From the NCBI RefSeq assembly GCF_046119375.1, contig NW_027362761.1, positions 941,222,001 through 941,286,000 on the forward strand: a DNA stretch of 64,000 nucleotides, given 5' to 3'. How positions within the stretch are numbered: the first letter of the stretch is position 1; each line of letters begins with the position of its first letter. Below, one piece after another: positions 48,073-60,188 of this stretch. This DNA is from Phyllobates terribilis (Eukaryota). The notes under the pieces were generated by a model, which saw nothing but the letters and a program-made list of their open reading frames with translations, was not told the origin of the DNA and made no database searches. A program made the translations under genes and the position numbers.

Positions 48073-48439
48073 TACAATTCCTCCTAAATCAATCACTACT
48101 TGAATTCACTGAAGTTTCTAGGAACAGCCTTTGCAATTATTTGAAAAAAATTCTGAACCAAAGCCATATTTGTCAAGTTTAATCCAATTGGCTTTATTTT
48201 ATTACACTTTTTGCTTTCATTTGAATATATTGTGCAATGTACCTATATTTATACCTTAAGTTTAGTCCTATCAGCTCTATTTTAGTCATACTGTATGTCC
48301 CTCATCCTGGCCCCATCCTGAGATATATATCGCCTATTCTGCTATATATCCCTTATCCTGGGTCACATCCTAGTATATATATCCCCCATTTGGTATATGT
48401 CCCCTTTTCTGCCGCTGTTCTTTAATGTGTAAAAGAAAA

Positions 48440-48760
48440 TAAACCATAGAAGTCATGGGGCTCTATAGATGAAGTATAGTGCACCCCCCATTGTCCTCCA
48501 CATAGTATAATGCATTCCATAGTCCTCCATATAATACACTGCACATCCCATAGTCATCCATGTAGTATAATGCACAGCCCATTGTCATCCATATTAGTAT
48601 AATACATAGCCCATAGCCTTCATATAATATAATACACAGGATATAGTTATTAATGTAGTATAATGCACAGCTCATAGTCATTCATAAAGTATAATGCACC
48701 CCATAATCATCCATAAAGTATAATGCACCCTCATAAACACCCATAAAGTATAATACATAT
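48440..48760. repeat. Degenerate about 30-bp minisatellite (GTATAATGCAC..CATAGTC), resuming at 52633-52760 after the CR1 insertion
   Basis: The same motif is present on both sides of CR1 copy A. Confidence 0.7.
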
Positions 48761-49449
48761 TACATGGGAAACCGTTGGGGAAATCTGACATGGAGAAGGA
48801 CCTGGGCGTCTTGGTTAATAGCAAATTAAATTGGAGTGCCCAGTGTCAGGCAGCAGCTGCGAAGGCAAATAGAGTCATGGCATGCATCAGAAGAGGAATA
48901 GGGACATATGAGGAGAACATTGTTCTTCCTCTGTATAAAGCGCTGGTAAGGCCGCACTTAGAATATTGTGCACAGTTCTGGTCTCCGGTGCTCAGGAAAG
49001 ACATATTGGAGCTAGAGAGGGTACAAACAGGGCCGGCGTCAGCACCCGGCGCACCCGGGCAAATGCCGGGGCCCTGAGCAGGCAGAGGGGCCCACTGGCG
49101 GTCGCGCACCCCGCTGGGCTATGGGCGGAGGAGATTGGTGTCAGCGCCCGCCCTTCTCCGCCGCTTGCTCAGGGCCCCGGCAGCCCGATACTTACCTCTC
49201 CCCGTGCCTCCGCAGATCAGCTGTCTTCCTGCTCTGCGCTCCCTGTGACGTCTCAGGTCAGAGGGCGCGGTGACGTCTTTACACCGCGCCCTCCCCTGAG
49301 CCATCACAGGGAGCTCTGAGCGGGAAGACGCCGACAACGCTGGAGTTCGGAGCCGAGCAGCGAGCGGCGGGCAGCAGGCAGCGGGCAGCAGGTAGCAGGT
49401 GAGGAGAAGGGAGGTGAGTATTTGATTTTTTTTTTTTTTTAATGTATGG

Positions 49450-50870
49450 AGGCATGGGGCATTATAAAGAGGGGAGGGGGGGGGCATCCTGCATGGGGCA
49501 TTATAAGGTGGGGAACAGCCTGCATGGGGCATTATAAGGTGGGGAACAGCCTGCACGGGGCATTATAAAGAGAGGGGGGGCATCCTGCATGGGGCATTAT
49601 AAAGAGGAGGGGTGACAGCCTGCATGGGGCATTATAAGGTGGGGAACAGCCTGCATGGGGCATTATAAAGAGGGGGGGATTCCTGCTTGGGGCATTATAA
49701 TGAAGAGGGGTGACAGCCTGCATGGGGCATTATAAGGTGGGGACCAGCCTGCATGGGGCATTATAAGGTGGGGAACAGCCTGCACGGGGCATTATAAAGA
49801 GAGGGGGGGACATCCTGCATGGGGCATTATAAAGAGGAGGGGTGACAGCCTGCATGGGGCAGTATAAAGAGGAGGGGTGACAGCCTGCATGGGGCATTAT
49901 AAAGAGGAGGGGTGACAGCCTGCATGGGGCATTATAAAGAGGAGGGGTGACAGCCTGCATGGGGCATTATAAGGTGGGGAACAGCCTGCATGGGGCATTA
50001 TAAAGAGGGGGGGATTCCTGCTTGGGGCATTATAATGAGGAGGGGTGACAGCCTGCATGGGGCATTATAAGGTGGGGACCAGCCTGCATGGGGCATTATA
50101 AGGTGGGGAACAGCCTGCACGGGGCATTATAAAGAGAGGGGGGGACATCCTGCATGGGGCATTATAAAGAGGAGGGGTGACAGCCTGCATGGGGCAGTAT
50201 AAAGAGGAGGGGTGACAGCCTGCATGGGGCATTATAAAGAGGAGGGGTGACAGCCTGCATGGGGCAGTATAAAGAGGAGGGGTGACAGCCTGCATGGGGC
50301 ATTATAAGGTGGGGAACAGCCTGCATGGGGCATTATAAGGTGGGGAACAGCCTGCACGGGGCATTATAAAGAGAGGGGGGGACATCCTGCATGGGGCATT
50401 ATAAAGAGGAGGGGTGACAGCCTGTATGGGGCAGTATAAAGAGGAGGGGTGACAGCCTGCATGGAGCATTATAAAGAGGAGGGGTGACAGCCTGCATGGG
50501 GCATTATAAAGAGGGGGGGCAGCCTGTATGGGGCATTATGTGGGGGGTAACAGCCTGCATGGAGCATTAAAAGGGGGGGGCCTGTATGGGGCATTATGTG
50601 GGGGGGAACAGCCTGCATGGAGCATTATAAGGGGGGGGGGCAGCCTGTATGGGGCATTATGTGGGGGGTAACAGCCTGCATGGAGCATTATAAGGGGGGG
50701 CAGCCTGTATGGGGCATTATGTGGGGGGTAACAGCCTGCATGGAGCATTAAAAGGGGGGGGCCTGTATGGGGCATTATGTGGGGGGGAACAGCCTGCATG
50801 GAGCATTATAAGGGGGGGACAGCCTGTATGGGGCATTATGTGGGGGGTAACAGCCTGCATGCAGCATTAT
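49450..50870. repeat. Minisatellite of mixed 31/35-bp units (CAGCCTGCATGGGGCATTATAA..)
   Basis: Dozens of units, with a 335-bp higher-order duplication (the ORFs at 49730-49960 and 50065-50295 have the same translation). Confidence 0.93.
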
Positions 50871-51835
50871 ATGGGGACCGGTATCCTGTATGGAGCGTTA
50901 TATGGGGGCCAGTATCCTGTATGGAGCGTTATATGGGGGCCAGTATTCTGTATGGAGCCTTATATGGGGGCCAGTATTCCGTATGGAGCCTTATATGGAA
51001 GCCAGTATTCCGTATGGAGCCTTATATGGGGGCCAGTATTCCATATGGGGGCCAGTATTCCGTATGGAGCCTTATATGGGGGCCAGTATTCCGTATGGAG
51101 CCTTATATGGGGGCCAGTATTCCGTATGGAGCCTTATATGGGGGCCAGTATTCCATATGGAGCCTTATATAGGGGCCAGTATTCCATATGGGGCCTTATA
51201 TGGGGGCCAGTATTCCGTATGGAGCCTTATATGGGGGCCAGTATTCCGTATGGAGCCTTATATGGGGGCCAGTATTCCGCATGGAGCCTTATATGGGGGT
51301 CAGTATTCCGCATGGAGCCTTATATGGGGGTCAGTATTCCGCATGGAGCCTTATATGGGGGTCAGTATTCCGCATGGAGCCTTATATGGGGGTCAGTATT
51401 CCGCATGGAGCCTTATATGGGGGTCAGTATTCCGTATGGGGCCTTATATGGGGGCCAGTATTCTGTATGGGGTCTTATATGGGGGCCAGTATTCCGTATG
51501 GGGTCTTATATGGGGGCCAGTATTCCGTATGGGGTCTTATATGGGGGCCAGTATTCCGTATGGGGCCTTATATGGGGGCCAGTATTCCGTATGGGGCCTT
51601 ATATGGGGGCCAGTATTCCGTATGGGGTCTTATATGGGGGCCAGTATTCCGTATGGGGTCTTATATGGGGGCCAGTATTCCGTATGGGGCCTTATATGGG
51701 GGCAAGTATTCCGTATGGGGCCTTATATGGGGGCCAGTATTCCGTATGAAGCGTTATATGGGGGCCAGTATTCCGTATGGGCGTTATATGGGGACCAGTA
51801 TTCCGTATGGAGCCTTATATGGGGGCCACTATTCT
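50870..51835. repeat. 31-bp minisatellite (GGGGGCCAGTATTCCGTATGGAGCCTTATAT)
   Basis: About 30 units. Produces long repetitive ORFs in all three plus frames. Confidence 0.95.
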
Positions 51836-52759
51836 GTGTGGAGCGATTCACCGGTTTCTGAGCTATTGTGGAATTTACAATAGATATCACTCATGAAGTG
51901 AAATCTTTGCATTGTACTATATATATATATTTCTCCGCCGTATCTCTGCATCATGAATCGTGGTATGTGTTAAAGGGGCCCACTGAGACTCTTTCGCCCG
52001 GGGCCCAGAAAAACCTGGAGCCGGCCCTGGGTACAAAGGAGGGAGACTAAGGTAATAAAGGGAATGGAGGGACTAGAATACCCAGAGAGGTTGTCAAAAT
52101 TAGGCCTATTTACGTTGGAAAAGAGAAGGCTTAGGGGAGACCTCATAAACATGTATAAATACATCAGGGGGCAGTACAGAGATCTCTCCCATGACCTGTT
52201 TATACCAAGGATGGTGACAAAGACGAGGGGGCACACTATGCGTCTGGAGGAAAGGAGGTTCCTGCACCAGCATAGAGGGGGATTCTTTACGGTCAGAGCC
52301 GTGAGACTCTGGAACTCTCTGGGAGAGGAAGTGGTGATGTCCAACTCACTTAATGAGTTCAAGAGAGGCCTGGACGCCTTTCTTGAGAACAATAAAATTA
52401 CATCTTATGCTTAGTTAATTAATCCAGGGATTTAATCTGACTGCCAGATTGGTGTCGGGAAGTGAATTTTTCCTCAGTGATGTAAATTGGCCTATACCGC
52501 ATGGGTTTTTGTTGCCTTCCCCTGGATCAAGGCTGCGGAATAGCTGCAGTGCACAAGAAATAGGCTGAACTGGATGGACGCTTGTCTTTTTTCGGCCTTA
52601 TAAACTATGTAACTATGTAACTATGTAACTATAAAATGCACTCCCATAGTCCTCCATAAAATATAATGCACCTCATAGTCCTTCATAAAGTATAACGCAT
52701 TCCATTGTCCTCCATAAAGTATAATGCACGCCCATAGTCATCCGTAAAGTATAATACAC

Positions 52760-53075
52760 TTTGTTCTATCTCACCTGCTATTAACCCAACTCCTTTGCCA
52801 TTTATCCTGACCTCGGTTAGGTATACTAAACCTGTGCTGCCTGCCCTGAACACGGATTGTCTGACCACCTCTTTGCCTTTGTCCTTCTGTACCTTGTACC
52901 TGTGTCTCTGACCCTCCGGTCAGCTGCTGCGTCCTGGAGTGGTACATAGTTTCTACCTGTGACCCAGTCTATCTTCATCATCAGATGCCCTAGTGAAGAC
53001 CCAGTAGACACCTAGTCATGCCTCTGCAGGATAAGAGTCGAGGGGCACAAGGGATCCACACCCACTAGCATTACA
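52760..53075 (+). mobile_element. 3' portion of a solo LTR
   Basis: LTR U5-like pyrimidine tract ending ..CACTAGCATTACA. Confidence 0.5.
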
Positions 53076-53239
53076 ACCTGCAGATTATATGTGGAGGTTA
53101 CTAGTGTTTGGGGATATGACAGTTTCCCTTTAATTTCATTTTTAAAGATATCCAACATTGTAACATATTGTTATAAGCCATTTTGCACACTATGTTTTAT
53201 AACAATGTACCATCTTTCTACCTCCAGCTGTTTGTTTTC

Positions 53240-53680
53240 CATGTGTGTGTGTGCCTGCGTGCTGGTACAGAAGAGTGAAGTGCTGCATAAGAGAGTTGTG
53301 TATACTAAGGTTGAAGGTGTGATATACTGCAGAAGAAAGCTGTGTGTTATACTGCAGGAGAGAACAATGTTTACATATGCTAAAAAGTTGTGTGTGATAT
53401 ATTTGATCAACAGCAGGAGAAAGCAGGGTATAAAGTAATGTGATATATTTGAAATACAGCAGGAGAAAGCAGGGTATAAGCGGGCTGAAAAGAGTGATAT
53501 ATTCCAGAAGAGAGCTGTGTGTACAGTGGCTACAAGAAATGATACAGGGTAGGAGAGAGCAATGTAAGGTATGCAGGGGCTGAAAGGTGTCATATACTGC
53601 AGGAGAGCAGTGTATACAAGGGTTAAAGGTGTAATATACTGAGGGAGAGAGGTGTGTATAAAGGGGCTACAAGGAATGAA
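53240..53680. repeat. Degenerate minisatellite (TGTG..ATACTGCAGGAGAG core)
   Basis: Recurrent ATACTGCAG / CAGGAGA motifs. Confidence 0.5.
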
Positions 53681-54181
53681 TCATTGCTCAGCCAATCAGT
53701 GATCAGCATTTCACATGAATGAGCATACACATACCTGAAAACCATGTCATGGTTAGAAATGCAGTTTATTGCTGAATTGAGCTGGGAGGAAAAGCAATGA
53801 GAGTCACTTATAAGAGCAAACCCTAGCTTCGTTCTAGTAGGTGTTTTATCTGAATTTACAGCTATAATGCTTCATACTAATATAATGTTCTCCTACAATG
53901 CTGTTGCTTCTTAATATGCGTTACATGGAGACAGAAGATGAATAATCACTCATATCTATGTATGAAGTGCATTAGGGACATTACAGCACCTAGTCTTTAC
54001 CCACTAACTTTAAAACAACAGAAAATTAAATATAGAGCATACAGAGAGGAAAAATACAAGTCTTAGGTCACAAACCCACTATCAGTATTTGGTCAGTATT
54101 CGGTCAGTATTTTTTCTCAGGAGTGGGAGCCAAAACCAGGAGTGGATGATAAATGCAGAATTGGTGACTTGTTTCTATTAT

Positions 54182-56638
54182 TACATAGTTTATAAGGCCG
54201 AAAAAAGACAAGAGTCCATCCAGTTCAGCCTATTTCTTGTGCACTGCAGCTATTCCGCAGCGTTGATCCAGGGGAAGGCAAAAAAAAAAAACATGCGGTA
54301 TAGGCCAATTTACATCATTGAGGAAAAATTCACTTCCCGACTCCAATCTGGCAGTCAGATTAAATCCCTGGGTTAATTAACTATCACTAAGCATAAGATG
54401 TAATTTTATTGTTCTCAAGAAAAGCGTCCAGGCCTCTCTTGAACTCAATAAGTGAGTTGGACATCACCACTTCCTCTCCCAGAGAGTTCCAGAGTCTCAC
54501 GGCTCTGACCGTAAAGAATCCCCTTCTATGCTGGTGCAGGAACCTCCTTTCCTCCAGACGCATAGTGTGCCCCCTCGTCTTTGTCACCATCCTTGGTATA
54601 AACAGGTCATGGGAGAGATCTCTGTACTGCCCCCTGATGTATTTATACATGTTTATGAGGTCTCCCCTAAGCCTTCTCTTTTCCAACGTAAATAGGCCTA
54701 ATTTTGACAACCTCTCTGGGTATTCTAGTCCCTCCATTCCCTTTATTACCTTAGTCGCCCTTCTTTGTACCCTCTCTAGCTCCAATATGTCTTTCCTGAG
54801 CACCGGAGCCCAGAACTGTGCACAATATTCTAAGTGCGGCCTTACCAGCGCTTTATACAGAGTAAGAACAATGTTCTCATCATATGCCCCTATTCCTCTT
54901 CTGATGCATGCCATGACTCTATTTGTCTTCGCAGCTGCTGCCTGACACTGGGCACTCCAATTTAATTTGCTGTTAACCAAGATGCCCAGGTCCTTCTCCA
55001 TGTCAGATTTCCCCAACGGTTTCCCATTTAATATGTATGGGTGACTGCTGTTTTTCTTTCCCATGTGCATGACCTTACATTTATCGGCATTGAACCCCAT
55101 TTGCCATTTTTTGGCCCAACTCCTCAATTTATCTAAATCCTCCTGTAGCTGTGCCCTATCCTCATCTGTATTAACTACTTTACAAAGTTTAGTATCATCT
55201 GCAAATATTGCTATTTTACTATGAAACCCTTCCACTAGATCATTAATAAATATATTAAATAATATAGGGCCCAAGACAGACCCTTGAGGCACCCCGCTAG
55301 TAACCCCGACACACCCTGAGCTTACTCCATTGATAACCACCCTCTGCTTTCTATCACTCAGCCAGCTATTTACCCACTTGCACACATTATCCCCCAGACC
55401 AAGCATTCTCATTTTATATACCAACCTTTTGTGTGGCACGGTATCAAACGCTTTGGAGAAGTCAAGGTATACAACATCCACTGACTCTCCCCGGTCCAGC
55501 TGTGAGCTCACCTCCTCGTAGAAGGCGATCAGGTTTGTTTGGCAGGAGCGATCCCTCATGAATCCATGTTGATATGGAGTTAGACAGTTATTATCATTAA
55601 GATATTCTACAATAGCATCTCTAAGAAATCCTTCAAACAATTTACCCACAACAGACGTTAAGCTTACTGGTCTATAGTTCCCAGGGTCACTTTTAGACCC
55701 CTTTTTGAATATTGGTACCACATTTGCTTGGCGCCAGTCTAGTGGGACAGTCCCTGTCCATAAAGAGTGCTTGAATATAAGATACAGTGGTCTGTCTATC
55801 ACATTACTTAATTCTTTTAGTACCCGGGGGTGTATGCCATCTGGGCCTGGTGGCTTGTCTATTTTGATATTATTTAGGCGTTTCTGAACTTCCTCCTGGG
55901 TTAGGTGGGTGATATTTAGCGGAGGGTTTACTTTATCACTCTGCATTTCCTCCGATAAATTGTTTTCTTTTGTGAAAACAGTGGAGAAGAAGCTATTGAG
56001 TAGGTTTGCTTTACCCTCATCGCCCTCTATGATTTTACCCAGGTTATTTTTCAATGGGCCAACTCCATCAGTTTTAATCCTGTTACTGTTTATATAGTTA
56101 AAGAACAGTTTGGGATTCATTTTACTTTCCTTGGCAATTAGTCTCTCTGTCTCATCTTTTGCTATTCTTATTTGTTTCTTACAGATTTTGTTTTTTTCCC
56201 TATAAGATATTAGCGCTTCCTCACTGCCTTCTTGTTTAAGTTTACCGAAAGCCCTTTTTTTGTTTTTCATTGCCCTCTTGACTTCCTTATTTAGCCACAT
56301 TGGCTTCCTCCTATTCCTAGCCCTTTTATTCCCATAAGGTATGTACCTTCTACAGTGACTATGTAGGACTGTTTTGAAAATTTCCCATTTTCTATCCGTG
56401 CTCCTATTACTGAAGATACTATCCCAGTCTATAAGGTGAAGGGCATCTCTTAGCTGATCAAACTTTGCCCTCCTGAAGTTCAGTGTTTTTGTGACTCCCT
56501 TGCTGGGCACCCTACTGAAGCACATGTGGAATTGTATAATGTTGTGGTCACTATTTCCCAGGTGCCCCCGACCTGCACCCCAGTTATTCTGTCTGGCCTG
56601 TTAGTTAATATTAAGTCTAAAAGGGCCTTTTCTTTGAT
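54182..56638 (-). mobile_element. CR1 LINE copy B, 5'-truncated (about 2.45 kb)
   Basis: Begins in the endonuclease C-terminus (ALLDLILTNRPD..GNSDHN) and continues through RT, 3' UTR and an AACTATGTAA tail. Possible short TSD TTAT. Confidence 0.95.
54387..56525 (-). CDS. CR1 ORF2 remnant, uninterrupted 712-aa reverse transcriptase region
   Basis: YRPVSLTS, QHGF, YLDFSKAFD, GVPQGSVLGP and FADD motifs. The 5' part of ORF2 is missing, so it is not autonomous. Confidence 0.9.
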   Translation of the reverse strand: MCFSRVPSKGVTKTLNFRRAKFDQLRDALHLIDWDSIFSNRSTDRKWEIFKTVLHSHCRRYIPYGNKRARNRRKPMWLNKEVKRAMKNKKRAFGKLKQEGSEEALISYREKNKICKKQIRIAKDETERLIAKESKMNPKLFFNYINSNRIKTDGVGPLKNNLGKIIEGDEGKANLLNSFFSTVFTKENNLSEEMQSDKVNPPLNITHLTQEEVQKRLNNIKIDKPPGPDGIHPRVLKELSNVIDRPLYLIFKHSLWTGTVPLDWRQANVVPIFKKGSKSDPGNYRPVSLTSVVGKLFEGFLRDAIVEYLNDNNCLTPYQHGFMRDRSCQTNLIAFYEEVSSQLDRGESVDVVYLDFSKAFDTVPHKRLVYKMRMLGLGDNVCKWVNSWLSDRKQRVVINGVSSGCVGVTSGVPQGSVLGPILFNIFINDLVEGFHSKIAIFADDTKLCKVVNTDEDRAQLQEDLDKLRSWAKKWQMGFNADKCKVMHMGKKNSSHPYILNGKPLGKSDMEKDLGILVNSKLNWSAQCQAAAAKTNRVMACIRRGIGAYDENIVLTLYKALVRPHLEYCAQFWAPVLRKDILELERVQRRATKVIKGMEGLEYPERLSKLGLFTLEKRRLRGDLINMYKYIRGQYRDLSHDLFIPRMVTKTRGHTMRLEERRFLHQHRRGFFTVRAVRLWNSLGEEVVMSNSLIEFKRGLDAFLENNKITSYA

Positions 56639-57219
56639 TTATACCTTTTCTCTGATTGTTCCTCACCTAATTTTGGCTTCCACTCCTGAGAAAAAATACT
56701 GACCGAATACTGACCAAATACTGATAGTGGGGCCGTGGCCTAATAATGGCCAAAAAAGTTTTATTCTTCTTGTAAACTAGTAAACACACATGACAGCTTA
56801 ATCTGAAAGAGTCACCTGAAGTGACAGATATGCTTTATTGATCACTTTTAAAGATCTGTTGTAGATAGATGGATAGATACATAGATGCTTGATCAATATG
56901 AGTAAATAAACAGAATATAATTGATGTACTTTCAGTAAACTGCACTATTATTTTTTATCTTTTCTGTTTTTCCATATATAATTTACAATATGTCTTATAA
57001 CAGAAGTCCATCTGGCAGACATGACTGATTTGGCATAATTTCAATTAAACTTAATTGCTTTCTAGGTCACCATATCATGTTTTACAAAACACTTTTATCA
57101 AATGTAAATATACTTAAGCTGTGTCCTTCACAAAATAACATATATGGTGATTCCAAATTGGACAGGTTAATGGTACAACTCAGAGAAGAGGATAACTAGT
57201 AAATATACTAATGAGTGTA

Positions 57220-57640
57220 CAGGGGAGGCTATTTATATGGATACACCTAAATTAAATGGGAATGGTTGGTGATATCAACTTCCTGTTTGTGACACATTAG
57301 TATATGGGAGGGGTAAAACTTTTCCAGATGGGTGGTGACCATGCTGGCCATTTTGAAGTCGGCCATTTTGGATCCAACTTTATTTTTTTCAATGGGAAGA
57401 GAGTCATGTGACACATCAAACTTATTGAGAATTTCATAAGAAAAACAATGGTGTGCTTGGTTTTAATGTAATTTTATTCTTTCATGAGTTTTTTACAAGT
57501 TTATGACCACTTATAAAATGTGTTCAAAGTGCTGCCCATTGTGTTGGATTGTCAATGCAACCCTCTTCTCCCACTCTTGACACACTGATAGCAACACTGC
57601 AAAAGAAATACTAGCACAAGCTTCTAGTATCCGTTGTTTG
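57220..57640 (-). mobile_element. Tc1/mariner-superfamily 3' fragment
   Basis: The minus strand ends QRILEACASIS..VCQEWEKRVALTIQHNGQHFEHIL*, the NG.HFEHL-type transposase C-terminus. Terminus TA-CAGGGG at 57220. Confidence 0.65.
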
Positions 57641-58177
57641 TCAGTCAGTTTTTTTCTGCAGAATGGAAAAAATGCACGCTGCACACATGCACACTGATAA
57701 CACATGTATAACATCCATGTGTCATCAGCGTGACATGTACCAGTGCCGGGGAATCAGCGGTACAGTTTGCGCTGTTCCCCGGCGCCTGCTGCTGAAGGAA
57801 GCTCTCATTATTGTTGGCTGTTCACGCTGAGATCAAAGCAAGCAGGAGACAATGATGGGAGATGTATGAAAAACAACCATATTCCTCACCTGTCCGAAGT
57901 GGAAAAAATCCCTAGTGTCCCATGCCGTAATCCATGCTTTTTATTTTTACTTTTTTACAGGGATCAGCGCGAACTGTACTTCTTTTTCCAGGCGCTGGTA
58001 CCTGTCACAAGCACGGCATATGGATGTGTCACACAAACATACAAACACACAGATGTCACATGTATGCCACACGGATGTCACATACGTACATATGGATGGC
58101 ACATGACACGGACCACGGATCTTACCAGTACTGTTTTTTCCTGTACCGAAATCCCCAAGATATGTGAAGGAGGCCTT
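57641..58177. mobile_element. Harbinger-type MITE, right part
   Basis: Ends ..ATGTGAAGGAGGCC-TTA. Confidence 0.5.
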
Positions 58178-58254
58178 AAGCAGATTTTAAGCCTTTCAGT
58201 TGAGTAAGCATATACATTACGCTACTTTTTTTGTGCTTATCCTGTATCACGTTA

Positions 58255-59006
58255 GGTAATTTTCACACGTTGCTTTTTTGTTGCGTTTTTCATGCAAATT
58301 AAAAGCTGCTTTTTACAGCACCAGCAAAAGCTATGAGATTTTCAGAAATATCATGGACATGCTTTTTTTTGCCTGACTGAACTGGAAAACTGCTGCCTTT
58401 TTTGAAAACTGCATCATGTCAATTCTTTCAGCATTTTTATAGCATTTTTTCACCCATAGAAAGCAATGAGTAAGTGCAAAAACTTTACTATCAGTTTTCG
58501 CAGCATTTTTGGTAAAAAAAAAATGCATGTACAGCAGAATGTGAAACCCATGTGTAAAAGTGAATAATGCCTTACCAACTAAACGCCCTACCAATGTGTT
58601 AAGTAAACAATGCCCTACCAATTCAATGCCCTACCAATTTAATTTGTCTAGAATAGGCTAGAATTGTCTTTAATTGTCTAGAATAGTCACTATTTTTTCA
58701 GACATAAAAAAACTTTTTCTCTTAAAAAACATGATCAAACTGCCCTTTTTTCTAAAAATATTTTTATGGATTCATATGTGTCTTGCATTGGTGGCCTATC
58801 GCCTTATATTGTTCATGCTTGCAAGGTGGAAGCAAAGCTGAACTTTGGAACCTGAAAAATGCAGCAAAAACCACAGCAAAAAGCAGCAAAAATGTAGCAA
58901 GAAAAGCAGGACAAAAAGGTGTTTTGGCTGCAGATTTTTTAATGCTAAGAGATCAGGTTTTGGCTACAGATAAAAAGCAGCAAAAAACCAACCTGCGAAC
59001 ATAGCC
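58255..59006. mobile_element. Harbinger-type MITE
   Basis: TTA-GGTAATTTTCACACG at the left and GCGAACATAGCC-TTA at the right. TTA TSD and internal (T)nGCTG / CAGC(A)n symmetry. Confidence 0.65.
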
Positions 59007-60188
59007 TTACACGATGTGCTATAGTCCGAAGCAGTATTCACATATCTGTAGGCTTCAAAGCTGAAATCTATCAGGGCATTTTGCTCTTTTATAATATTCG
59101 CACAACTTACCATAGTGATTTCTATTTTGTAAAGTGTGAACCTAAGGCCAGAGTCCCACCAGCGTATGGTATCCGATGAGAGACCATCGAATGCGATATG
59201 CTAATGACTAGAGATGAGCGAACATGTTCGGAAAACGTTCGGATTTTTCAAATTCGGCTCGAACATTGCACATTCATTATCGGACACCTGAGTGTTTTTA
59301 CTGAAAATCGGCCCAATTCGTCAAAAGTGCGGGAAATGACTGCATTTCCTCTACTGCATTTATTAGGTAGTAGTGCTGTATGATGAGCGGGGGGAACATG
59401 TTTAATGAGGGAGTGGGAGAGTTCAGAGTAGTGGCGGGCTGTTAATCTTATATATATATTTTTCTTAACTTAATGTGTGCAGATTCCGGCAAGCCAATCA
59501 GGGCACAGGAAACATCCACAACGGCCAGACACAAGGGCTTCTGTCATTGGCTGCTGAAGTCACATGTCCCTCTCCATATAAAAAGCGGACATTTTGTTTT
59601 AGCACCATTTTGTCAGTGTGATAGCGCAGAGAAGCTACTCCTAACGTTGCTCCTGGATAATGAGAGATTTGAGATATTTAGCTAGACGGTGGCTTCTAAG
59701 TCAGATAGCTTAGATAGATAGGATCCTGTGTGGCTGTGAAATCCACCTTCCAGCAGATCAATAATTTTTGCTATTAGTGTGGTCCAGAAAGATAGCAGGC
59801 CACATTTCAGCATAGAACTCTGTTGTGCTGATATTGTGTTCCATACAGGAGTACACTAGGCATGAGTGAACATTTCAATGTTCGGTTCGGAAAAGTTCAC
59901 CAAACAAATTGATATTCGCCGAACGTTCGTCAAACATTTCCGAATCCAATAGGAGTCAATGGGGGGACCAAAAAAATGCATATTCAACACCTAGAAATGG
60001 GACGAAAAGCTGCCAAAACACATCAAATTAGATGTAGACACCAGGGAAGTGCCATCAATTGACCCAGAGTGCAAGTACTATAATTATTATTACGGTGAGA
60101 GACATTTACTCAGTTACGCTTTACATGTCAAAAAAAGGGATCACCTACTGGTACAACAGGAGAGAGGACCCTGCCTGCGAGGGTGCAC

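Larger units (their letters stand above)
49028..52029. mobile_element. 3.0-kb non-autonomous hAT element filled with minisatellites
   Basis: TIRs CAGGGCCGGC..GCCGGCCCTG and a perfect 8-bp TSD GGTACAAA (49020-49027 and 52030-52037). No transposase. Confidence 0.93.
48762..52632 (+). mobile_element. CR1 LINE 3' fragment, copy A, split by a hAT insertion
   Basis: 48762-49027 and 52030-52632 join into GKSDMEKDLG..ELERVQR..EGLEYPERL..KITSYA*, followed by a 3' UTR and a (TAACTATG)n tail at 52603-52632. Confidence 0.93.
54066..56740. mobile_element. Harbinger-type MITE split by CR1 copy B
   Basis: Arms GGTCAC..CCCACTATCAGTATTTGGTCAGTATTCGGTCAGTATT and its reverse complement ending GTGGCC, with TTA/TAA flanks. 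Confidence 0.75.

Noticed and set aside
49450-51835. CRISPR-like regular repeats (also at 2866-3745 and 24450-25000)
   Set aside because: Units are contiguous with no unique spacers, there are no cas genes, and the context is eukaryotic.
50709-51883. Long Gly/Tyr-rich ORFs (346, 323, 231 aa) resembling keratin-associated or structural proteins
   Set aside because: They occur in all three frames of a 31-bp minisatellite inside a TSD-bounded hAT element. They are a periodicity artefact with no gene structure.
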